Assembly: GCF_004010195.1 (NCBI RefSeq)
Contig: NC_057719.1
Span: 22,714,252 to 22,749,747 of the forward strand
From: Chiloscyllium plagiosum
Taxonomy: Eukaryota
Reading direction: 5' to 3'
Length of the DNA stretch: 35,496 nucleotides
The translations under genes were made by a program, and so were the position numbers. The notes beneath the pieces were generated by a model. It saw only the letters and a list, made by a program, of their open reading frames with translations, did no database searches and had not been told where the DNA came from. Numbering within the stretch: the first letter of the stretch is position 1; each line of letters begins with the position of its first letter. This document shows positions 23,801 through 32,677 of this stretch, in pieces.

Positions 23801-23944
23801 AGCTGCTAGAGTGCGAACTAGAATTCATGAGGAAATGTTGGAATAACGAATGCTATTCTCCTTATACTGGAAAAGTTTAAGAAGTGGATTAATAAAGGTT
23901 TTCAAGATGACATAAGATTTGATAGTGTAGACTGACTTAGAACT

Positions 23945-24142
23945 ACATCCTCATTCCTTCATTGTCACTGGATCAAAGTCCTGAAATTCCATCCCAAACA
24001 GTATGGTGCATTCAGCTGCACCTCAAGGGCTGCAGCGGTTCAAGAAGACAGTTTGCTATAACTTTCTCCAGAGCAATTAAGGCTGGTAATAAATGTTGGC
24101 ATAGCTGGTGCTTTCCATATTCCATGATCGAGTTAAAAAAGA
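23945..24142 (+). mobile_element. L2-type LINE 3' end
   Basis: GGGCTGCAGCGGTTCAAGAAG...GCAATTAAGGCTGGTAATAAATG..; homologous to 12352-12436. Confidence 0.65.
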
Positions 24143-24705
24143 TAAAGGTAAGCTATTTCCTCCCCCTATGAGAGATTTAATCCCATTGTAAATGGGAAGA
24201 TAAATCAATTCCTTCATTCAGATATGTTGGGAACTGGAACATTATAGAACAAAGAACAATACAGCGTAGAACAGGCCCATCGGCCCTCTATGTTGCACTG
24301 ACCTGTGAACTATTCTCAGCTCGTCCCCCTACACTATCCCAACATTGCCCATGTGCTTACCTAAAGGTTGTTTAAATCTCCCGAATGTGGTTGAGTTGAC
24401 TACATTAGCAGGTAGTGCATTCCACGCCCTTACCACTCTCTGCATAAAGAACCTGCCTCTGACATCTGTCTTAAATCTATCATCCCTCAATTTGTAGTTA
24501 TGCCCCCTCNNNNNNNNNNNNNNNNNNNNNNNNNNNNNNNNNNNNNNNNNNNNNNNNNNNNNNNNNNNNNNNNNNNNNNNNNNNNNNNNNNNNNNNNNNN
24601 NNNNNNNNNNNNNNNNNNNNNNNNNNNNNNNNNNNNNNNNNNNNNNNNNNNNNNNNNNNNNNNNNNNNNNNNNNNNNNNNNNNNNNNNNNNNNNNNNNNN
24701 NNNNN

Positions 24706-24882
24706 CACCTATTGTACTCTATGCTACATTCTCCCCACCCCCATCCTCCTCTAGCTTATCTCTCCACGCTTCAGGCTCTCTGCCTTTATTCCTGATGAAG
24801 GGCTTTTGCCCGAAATGTCGATTTCGCTGCTCCTTGGATGCTGCCTGAACTGCTGTGCTCTTCCAGCACCACTAATCCAGAA
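24706..24882 (+). mobile_element. Penelope-like pLTR insert in CR1 (5' end in gap)
   Basis: pLTR with hammerhead at 24792-24819; CR1 resumes at about 24880. Confidence 0.85.
24792..24819 (+). ncRNA. Minimal type-I hammerhead ribozyme motif
   Basis: CTGATGA-A-GGGC-TTTT-GCCC-GAAA-TGTC. Confidence 0.7.
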
Positions 24883-25286
24883 AAAGACCTTCATTGTCTA
24901 CCGTCTCTAATCCTCTGATCATCTTGTATGTCTCTATCAAATCCCCTTGAAGTCTTCTTCTTGCCAATGAGAACAGGTTCAAGTCTCTCAGCCTTTCCTC
25001 ATAAGACCTTCCCTCCAGACCAGGCAACATCCTGGTAAATCTCCTCTGCACATTTTCCAATGCTTCCACATCATTCCCGAAATCTGGGGACCAGAACTGT
25101 CACAATATTCCAAGTGTGGCCGCACCAGCGTTTTGCATAGTTTCAGCATGATATTGCAGCTCTGGAACTCAATCCCTCTACAAATGAAGAGAGAAAGTGA
25201 GGTCTGCAGATGCTGGAGATCAGAGCTGAAAATGTGTTGCTGGAAAAGCGCAGCAGGTCAGGCAGCATCCAAGGAACAGGAGAATC

Positions 25287-25314
25287 GACGTTTCGGGCAT
25301 AAGCCCTTCTTCAG
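25287..25314 (-). ncRNA. Minimal type-I hammerhead ribozyme motif (intact core)
   Basis: Minus strand CTGAAGA-A-GGGC-TTAT-GCCC-GAAA-CGTC. Confidence 0.78.
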
Positions 25315-25984
25315 GAATGAGGAAAGTGTGTCCAGCAGTGACCTGGGGTGTGCAGTGAGAGAGGGACTCACTGAAATCCTTGTAGAGGGAGGAAGAGAGC
25401 TTCTTCAAGGAAGGCATCCTTGTAAGAGGATTCGCAGTAGGTTAAAATCTTTGAGAGAAAGTGAGGGCTGCAGATGGCCTCCTTCTTCAAGGACCTCAAT
25501 TTCCCGCCAGACGTAGTCGACGATGCCCTCCACCGCATCTCTTCCACTTCCCGCTCCTCGGCCCTTGAGCTCCGCCCCTCCAACCGCCACCAGGACAGAA
25601 CCCCACTGGTCCTCACCTACCACCCCACCAACCTCCATGTACAATGTATCATCCGCCGTCATTTCCGCCACCTCCAAACGGACCCCACCACCAGTGATAT
25701 ATTTCCCTCCCCTCCCCTATCAGCGTTCCGAAAAGACCACTCCCTCCGTGACTCCCTTGTCAGGTCCACACAACCCACCAACCCAACCTCCACTCCTGAC
25801 ACCTTCCCCTGCAACCGCAAGANNNNNNNNNNNNNNNNNNNNNNNNNNNNNNNNNNNNNNNNNNNNNNNNNNNNNNNNNNNNNNNNNNNNNNNNNNNNNN
25901 NNNNNNNNNNNNNNNNNNNNNNNNNNNNNNNNNNNNNNNNNNNNNNNNNNNNNNNNNNNNNNNNNNNNNNNNNNNNNNNNNNNN

Positions 25985-26170
25985 CTCGAACTCAGCACCG
26001 CCTTCCTAACCTGCACTCGAACTCAGCACCGCCTTCCTAACCTGCACTCGAACTCAGCACCGCCTTCCTAACCTGCACTCGAACTCAGCACCGCCTTCCT
26101 AACCTGCACTCGAACTCAGCACCGCCTTCCTAACCTGCACTCGAACTCAGCACCGCCTTCTTACCCTGCA
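25985..26170. repeat. 31-bp tandem repeat, at least 6 copies
   Basis: CTCGAACTCAGCACCGCCTTCCTAACCTGCA starting at 25985, 26016, 26047, 26078, 26109 and 26140 (last copy has 2 mismatches). Confidence 0.95.
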
Positions 26171-26319
26171 ATCATCTTCCTGACCTCTCCGCCCCCACCC
26201 CACTCCGGCCTATCACCCTCACCTTGACCTCCCTCCACCTATCGCATTTCCAAAGCCCCTCCCCCAAGTCCCTCCTCCCTATCTTACATCTTAGCCTGCT
26301 GGACACACTTTCCTCATTC

Positions 26320-26347
26320 CTGAAGAAGGACTTATGCCCGAAACGTC
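26320..26347 (+). ncRNA. Minimal hammerhead motif (one stem II mismatch)
   Basis: CTGAAGA-A-GGAC-TTAT-GCCC-GAAA-CGTC. Confidence 0.7.
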
Positions 26348-26983
26348 GATTCTCCTGTTCCTTGGATGCTGCCTGACCTGCTGCGCTTTTCCAGCAACAC
26401 ATTTTCACCTCTACAAATGAAACCTAACACACCGTATGCCTTCTTAACAGCACTATCCACCTGGGTGGCAACTTTCAGGGATCTATGTACATGGACTCCA
26501 AGATCCCTCTGCACATCCACACCATCAAGAATCTTTCCATTGACCCAGTATTCTGCCTTCCTGTTATTCTTCCCAAAGTGCATCACCTCACATTTAGCTG
26601 CATTGAACTCTATTTGCCACCTCTCAACCCAACTCTACAGTTTATCCAAGTCCTCCTGCAACCTGTAACATTCTTCCACACTGTCCATGATTCCACTGAC
26701 TTTAGTGTCGTCTGCAAATTTACTAGTCCAACCACCTATGCCTGTGTCTAAGTCATTTATAAAAATGACTAACAGCAATGGTCCAAAAACAGATCCTTGT
26801 GGCACACCACTAGTAACCAGACTCCAGGCTGAATATTTTCCATCAACCACCACCCGCTGCCTTCTTTCAGAAAGTCAGTTTCTAATCCAAACTGTTAAAT
26901 CACTCTCAATTCCATGCCTCTGCATTTTCTCCAACAGCCTACCATGTAGAACCTTATCAAAGGCTTTACTGAAGTCCATGCAT

Positions 26984-27072
26984 TCCTGAAGAAGGGCTTA
27001 TGCCTGAAACGTCGATTCTCCTGTTGCCTGGATGCTGCCTGCCCTGCTCCGCTTTTCCAGCAACACATTTTC
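26984..27072 (+). mobile_element. Solo Penelope-like pLTR mini-insert with hammerhead, 11-bp TSD
   Basis: AGTCCATGCAT at 26973-26983 and 27073-27083; CTGAAGA-A-GGGC-TTAT-GCCT-GAAA-CGTC at 26986-27013. Confidence 0.9.
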
Positions 27073-28349
27073 AGTCCATGCATACCACGTCAACTGCCCT
27101 ACCCTTATCTACATGCTTGGTCACCTTCTCAAAAACTCAATGAGGTTTGTGAGACACGACCTGCCCTTGACGAACCTATGTTGACTATCTAAAATGAAAT
27201 TGTTGTTTGCTAGATGATTATAAATCTTATCTCTCATAATCCTTTCCAAAACCTTTCCTACAACAGAAGTAAGGCTCACTGGCCTATAATTACCTGGGTC
27301 ATCTCTACTGCCCTTCTTGAACAAGGGCACAACATTTGCAATCCTCCAGTCCTCTAGTGCCAAACCTGTAGACAATGACGACTCAAATATCAAAGCCAAA
27401 GGCTCTGTTATCTCCTCCCTAGCTTCCCAGAGAATCCTCGGATAAATCCCATCCGGCTCAGGGGACTTGTCTACTTTCATTTCTTCTCGAATTGATAACA
27501 CCTGTTCATAACTAACCTCAATCCTTTCTAGTCTAATATCTCGTACCTCATTCTTCTCCTCTACAATATTTTCCTTTTCCTGAGTGAAAACCGATGAGAA
27601 ATGCTCAATTAGCATCTCTTCAATCTCCACAGGGTCCACACTCAACTTCCCACTTCTGTCTTTGACTGGCCCTATTCCTACCCTAATCATCCTTTTATTC
27701 CTCACATAACCATAGAAAGCTTTAGGGTTCTCCTTTATTCTATTTGCTAAAGACTGCTCATGTCCTCTCTTTGCTCTTCTTAACTCTCACTTTAAACCCT
27801 TCCTAGCTGATCTGTAACTCTCCATCGCCTCATCTGAACCATCTTGCCTCATCAACACATAAGCCTCCTTCTTCTTCGTAACAAGAGATGCAATTTCTGT
27901 TGGAAACCACAGTTCCCCTACCTTATCACTTCCTCCCTGCCTGACAGGGACATAACTATCAAGGACACACAATATCTGTTCCTTAAACCAGCTCCACATT
28001 TCCATTGTCTGCATCTCCTGCATTTTGCTACACCATCCTATGCATCCTAATTCCTGCCGAATCACATTATAATTGCCCTTGCCCCATCGATAAGTCTTGA
28101 CCTGTGGCATGTACCTATCCCTTTCCATCGCTAAACCAAATGTAACTGAATTATGGGCACTCTCTCCAAAGTCCAACTGAACAAATAAAGAGTAAAAAAA
28201 ATGTTAATTCTGAAAACTCAGGGTGGAGCACAACAAACACTAGAATGGAAGGCCAGGAGTGGTGTGGAACAACTGGCAGACTGGAAAGCTGGAGCGGGAC
28301 GTGATGGCTGGCACTCTGACTCATTAACATTGATCTGTTATTGGTGAAG

Positions 28350-28452
28350 AACTAGGGTCGAGTTTTACAGGAAATATATGGAAAATTCCAATTTATTTGG
28401 CCAAAAATAAGGGGTTGACTTTTACATGAAATCGACTTGAGTATGTTCAGTA
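28350..28452. mobile_element. Degenerate Tc1/mariner (Tc2/pogo-like) terminal region
   Basis: Repeated GGGTCGA/GGGTTGAC-TTTTACA motifs ending TCGACTTGAGTATGTTCAG-TA, resembling ...CGACTTATACTCGAGTATATACGG-TA ends (from memory). Confidence 0.4.
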
Positions 28453-28637
28453 TTTTTGTTTTGGACTGAGTGGGCACGGAAATGGTAAGCATGTAACTTG
28501 GGAGAGCATAATCTATTTTTCTTGTAATGCAATGATTATCTTTGAGTCATGGCATTAAAAATTGTGACAACTACTTCTGAGCACTGTCTTTAGACCTAAT
28601 CAAGCATTTGATCAATTCAAATCAATTTGTTCGAACT

Positions 28638-28952
28638 GATTCAAGACCAGCTTCTTCACTGCTGTTATTAGACTTTTGAATGGACCACTTTAATGTTCAT
28701 GTTGATATTTCTGTTTCCATGCGATCCCACATTATAAGAAAATCAAGTAATAGCAGTGCCATTTAAACCAATGGGACTGGAATCACGTTATAGCCAATAC
28801 AAGTACAGGAAGTTTGCATTCTACAAATAATGGATCTAAATTCTTCAATCGCATGACAGCCAATTCATACTGAAGAAACGTGTGGAAGACCAGAACTGAC
28901 TGTACCTCGGTACAAGTGACATTAATAAATCAAATCAAATCAAATCAAATCA
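28638..28952 (+). mobile_element. Rex1/Babar-type LINE 3' remnants with (AAATC)n tail
   Basis: FKTSFFTAVIRLLN coding motif at about 28640-28682; CTGTACCTCGGTACAAGTGACA followed by (AAATC)n at about 28900-28952. Confidence 0.55.
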
Positions 28953-29031
28953 ATGTTGATCTAATCAGCTTCTTTCAACTCTGTTCCCGTTATGCTACTA
29001 ACTGTGCAACTTCTTTTCTTGACTTTCTCAG

Positions 29032-30523
29032 CTATCTGCAAGAATAATAGTGGTCATGGTAGGGGATTTTAACTTCCCAAACATAGACTGGGACTGCCAT
29101 AGTGTTAAGGGTTTAGACGGAGAGGAATTTGTTAAGTGTGTAAAAGAAAATTTTCTGATTCAGTATGTGGATGTAGCTACCAGAGAAGATGCAAAACTTG
29201 ACCTACTCTTGGGAAATAGGGCAGGACAAGTGACTTAGGTGTCTTTGTGTGGAGCCGCAGAAAATGGGGGAGATACTAAATGAGTATTTTGCATCAGTAT
29301 TTACTGTGGCAAAGGATATGGAAGATAAAGACTGTAGGGAAATAGATGGTGACACCTCGCAAAAGTCCATATTACCGAGGAGGAAGTGTTGGATGTCTTG
29401 AAACACATAAAGGTAGATAAATCCCCAGGACCTCATCAGGTGTACCCTAGAACTTTGTGGGAAACTAGAGAAGTGATTGCTGGGCCTCTTGTTGAGATAT
29501 TTGTATCATCGATAGTCACAGGTGAGGGTCAGGAAGACTGGAGGTTGGCCAATATGGTGCCACTGTTTAAGAAGGGTGGTAAGGACAAGCCCGGGAACTA
29601 TAGACCAGTGAGCCTGACCTTGGTGGTGGGCAAGTTGCTGGAGGGAATCCTGAGAGACAAGATGTACATGTATTTGGAAAGGCAAGGACTGATTAGGGAT
29701 AGTCAACATGGATTGGTGCGTGGGAAATCATGTATCACAAACTTGATTGCATTTTTTGAAAAAGTAACAAAGAAGATTGATGAGGGCAGAGCAGTAGATG
29801 TGATCTATATGGACTTCAGTAAGGTGTTCGACAAGGTTCCTCATGGGAGACTGGTTAGCAAGATTAGATCTCAGAATACAGGGAGAACTAACCATTTGGA
29901 TACAGAACTGNNNNNNNNNNNNNNNNNNNNNNNNNNNNNNNNNNNNNNNNNNNNNNNNNNNNNNNNNNNNNNNNNNNNNNNNNNNNNNNNNNNNNNNNNN
30001 NNNNNNNNNNNNNNNNNNNNNNNNNNNNNNNNNNNNNNNNNNNNNNNNNNNNNNNNNNNNNNNNNNNNNNNNNNNNNNNNNNNNNNNNNNNNNNNNNNNN
30101 NNNNNNNNNNNNNNNNNNNNNNNNNNNNNNNNNNNNNNNNNNNNNNNNNNNNNNNNNNNNNNNNNNNNNNNNNNNNNNNNNNNNNNNNNNNNNNNTAAAT
30201 AGACAAAGTCTTTTCTCTGTGGTCAGGGAGTCCAGAACTAGAGGGCATAGGTTTAGGGTGAGAGGGGAATGATATAAAAGAGACCTAAGAGGCAACCTTT
30301 TCACACAAGGGTGGTACGTGTATGGAATGAGCTGCCAGAGGAAGTGGTGGAGGCTGGTACAATTGCAACATTTAAAAGGCATTTGGATGGGTATATGAAT
30401 AGGAAAGGTTTGGAGGGATATGGTCCGGGTGCTGGCAGGTTGGGTTGGGATATCTGGTCGGCATGGACTGGTTGGACCGAAGAGTCTGTTTCCATGCTGT
30501 ACATCTGTATGACTCTATGACTC
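29032..30523 (+). mobile_element. CR1/HER1 LINE with internal deletion, spanning an N gap
   Basis: APE piece 29050-29238 (GDFNFPNIDW) joined directly to the RT N-terminal region; ORF 29386-29910; 3' UTR and (CTCTATGA)n tail at 30196-30523. Confidence 0.93.
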
Positions 30524-30624
30524 CCGTGTTGATGATAATGTTAATCATTCTGTGATCAGGTTTTATCTTCCTCTTTTGAATGTACTTTGGTCACTCAATT
30601 TCAGAAAGCTATTAAGCCTTGTAC

Positions 30625-30848
30625 TAGGCGAAACCGAGGACTGCAGATGCTGGGGATTCGAGTCCAGAGTGTGGTGCTAGAAAAGCACAGCAGGTCAAGC
30701 AGCATCCGAGGAGCAGACAAGTTGACGTTTCAGGCAAAAGCCTTTCATCAGGTCATTCCTGATGAAGGGCTGTTGCCCGAAACTTTAATTTTCCTTCTCC
30801 TTGGATGCTGCCTGTCCTGCTGTGCTTTTCTAGCACCACACTCTTGAT
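30625..30848. mobile_element. Fold-back Penelope-like pLTR pair with back-to-back hammerheads
   Basis: Perfect 29-bp inverted repeat at 30666-30694 / 30816-30844; hammerhead cores at 30724-30751 (-) and 30759-30786 (+). Confidence 0.88.
30724..30751 (-). ncRNA. Minimal hammerhead motif
   Basis: Minus strand CTGATGA-A-AGGC-TTTT-GCCT-GAAA-CGTC. Confidence 0.72.
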
Positions 30849-31207
30849 TATTAATTTGTGTACCTCCATCTTCCAGATCCCACCCTAGCTCCAATGTCTT
30901 TTACTTCTTCTAATTCCTGAACATGTTTTCATTGCCAAATTCTGTACTCAACTTTCCCACAAGCCATGTTTGAATTCTTCCAACTTGGTTTCCATTTCTG
31001 CCCTGGTGCCAAAATATTTATTATCAGAGGCACAAATGCTATCCTCGGTTACTCTTCTGCTACAAAGTTTGACATGGTACATCACACCATTCTCTTCTAA
31101 TGCCTATTTCACCTGGATGGAGCTGCGCTCAATGGTGTCTGTTGCTACTTAGACATGATCATAGAGTTACTTGCAATACTTTCACTTAATGATCCTATTG
31201 TCCCTTG

Positions 31208-32415
31208 TACAGAGGAACCTCGATTATCTGAAGGTGATGGGCAGACAGTTTTTTTGTTTGGATAATTGATTATTTGTAAAATTGATTTGACCTTAAACAA
31301 AGGAAGCCATACTGTGCATAATTGTGTTAAAAAGCATATTTACAGAGTTTTTATTTAATTCAATCGCTAAAATTTGTACAAATACTGGATATCACTTAAA
31401 AATTCATGAAATTTTACAAATCAAATCACTTCTTGAGTAAATAAAATTCATTGAGGTGGAGGTCAGTTATTATTTTTTTGAGAAAATATCCAGCTGCTGT
31501 TGCTTGAGGTGCTGCTGTCTCTTTTTTTATCGCAAACAATAACATTTGATGAGGATGCATCAACTTAACGGCATCAACTTTGTCTTGTGCTTCATACCAC
31601 TCCATGAAAAGTCGCAAACTGTCGTTAGCCTCATTAATGGGAACTGGAGGAGGTGTCAGTATCTGATTTTCCTTCCCATCCACGGTGTTCTTTCCTGCTG
31701 TTCTTTCATGACTGCGTTGATTAGCTGATCATTACTGAGTGTCTCTGTTCTGATGTCGCTGTCACAGTTTACCCAAACATCAATCTCAGCCTCTACAAAG
31801 TCTCCTTGTGCCAGCTGTCTGCAGTTCTCAGTGATGTTAGTGGTTAGCCTTTAAGCTGGATGGGTGTCCTTTTCACTGTCATGGCCACCAACATGCAAGC
31901 CATTGAATCAACACTCCATGACTGTTGATGGCTTGATGCGGTCCCAAGATTCAGCAATCACGAACAAAGCGTCCTTGATTGTGAATGCCTTCATAATTTC
32001 CTACACTCCTTTGTCTGCATTGTGTTCACCCAGGACAACATGCAACATGTTACGGCGATGATATGTTTTCATTATTGCGATGATTCCCTGATCGAGCAGC
32101 TGTAACCTTGAACTGGTATTTGGTGGTAAAAACAAACACTTGATAGCTCCGTCTAGCAATTCTAATTGGCTACTTTTCATAGTGCGTGTGCCCATGTTGT
32201 CAACAAGCAGAAGGGCACGTTGCTCGAGTCCAGCACTTGCTAAACGTAATCTGATGGCAGGTACAAAATCTTTCTGAAACCAGGATGAAAAAGTCATCCA
32301 TGCCTTACTTTGTGCTTTGTACTTCCTGGGAAATGAGTTCTTGAAGCAACGTGGATTAGCATAACACCTGATGCAGACAAGTGGTAATTTATGAGTGCCA
32401 GTGGTGTTGACACAA
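31208..32415 (-). mobile_element. pogo/Tigger (TIGD/Jerky-like) DNA transposon, 3' half with decayed DDE transposase
   Basis: TA plus TIR CAGAGGAACCTCGATTATCTGAA at 31210-31232; minus strand GTHKLPL, NPRCFK, AWMT, ALLLVDN, FLPPNTSSRLQLLDQGII. Confidence 0.9.
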
Positions 32416-32418
32416 GGG

Positions 32419-32677
32419 AAAGTTCAAAGTTTGTGAGAAGATTTGTAGCTCGGGTGCTCGTTGCTGTGGTTCTGTTCGCCGAGCTGGAAGTTTTTGTTGC
32501 AAACGTTTCGTCCCCTGTCTAGGTGACATCCTCAGTGCTTGGGAGCCTCCTGTGAAGCGCGTCTGTGGTGTTTCCTCCGGCATTTATAGTGGCCTGTCCC
32601 TGCCGCTTCCGGTTGTCAGTTTCAGCTGTCCGCTGTAGTGGCCGGTATATTGGGTCTAGGTCGATGTGTTTGTTGAT
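32419..32677 (-). mobile_element. Penelope-like (Poseidon-type) 3' fragment with pLTR
   Basis: INKHIDLDPIYRPLQ endonuclease C-terminus; CpG-rich (young); hammerhead at 32499-32538. Confidence 0.8.
32499..32538 (-). ncRNA. Type-I hammerhead ribozyme motif, best-formed copy
   Basis: Minus strand GCA-CTGAGGA-T-GTCaCCT-AGAC-AGGgGAC-GAAA-CGTT-TGC: stem I GCA/TGC, 6-bp stem II with one mismatch, palindromic AACGTT stem III region, GUU triplet. Confidence 0.82.

Larger units (their letters stand above)
25189..26407 (+). mobile_element. Penelope-like element, 5'-truncated with inverted 5' pLTR, 14-bp TSD
   Basis: TSD CCTCTACAAATGAA at 25175-25188 and 26408-26421; ORF 25474-25822 (PLVLTYHP, SLRDSLVRS, TFPCNRK: RT-to-GIY-YIG linker); ~111-bp inverted repeat at 25228-25338 / 26296-26407. 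Confidence 0.93.
24245..28172 (-). mobile_element. Long CR1 LINE (APE end to 3' tail) interrupted by three Penelope-like insertions
   Basis: Collinear ORF2 pieces 27787-28176, 27121-27705, 26635-26853 (SGVPQGS, KFADDTK), 26408-26586 and 24880-25188; 3' UTR at 24245-24509. Confidence 0.95.

Noticed and set aside
25985..26170. CRISPR array (31-bp repeats)
   Set aside because: Units are head-to-tail with no spacers, there are no cas genes, and the context is a vertebrate retroelement
2700..31232. Giant composite transposon bounded by the two related TIRs
   Set aside because: The TIRs face outward (element to the left of 2722 and to the right of 31210), so they do not enclose the interval
31426..32415. 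Domesticated TIGD/JRKL host gene
   Set aside because: The frame is broken and truncated and a TIR with TA is retained, indicating a transposon fossil
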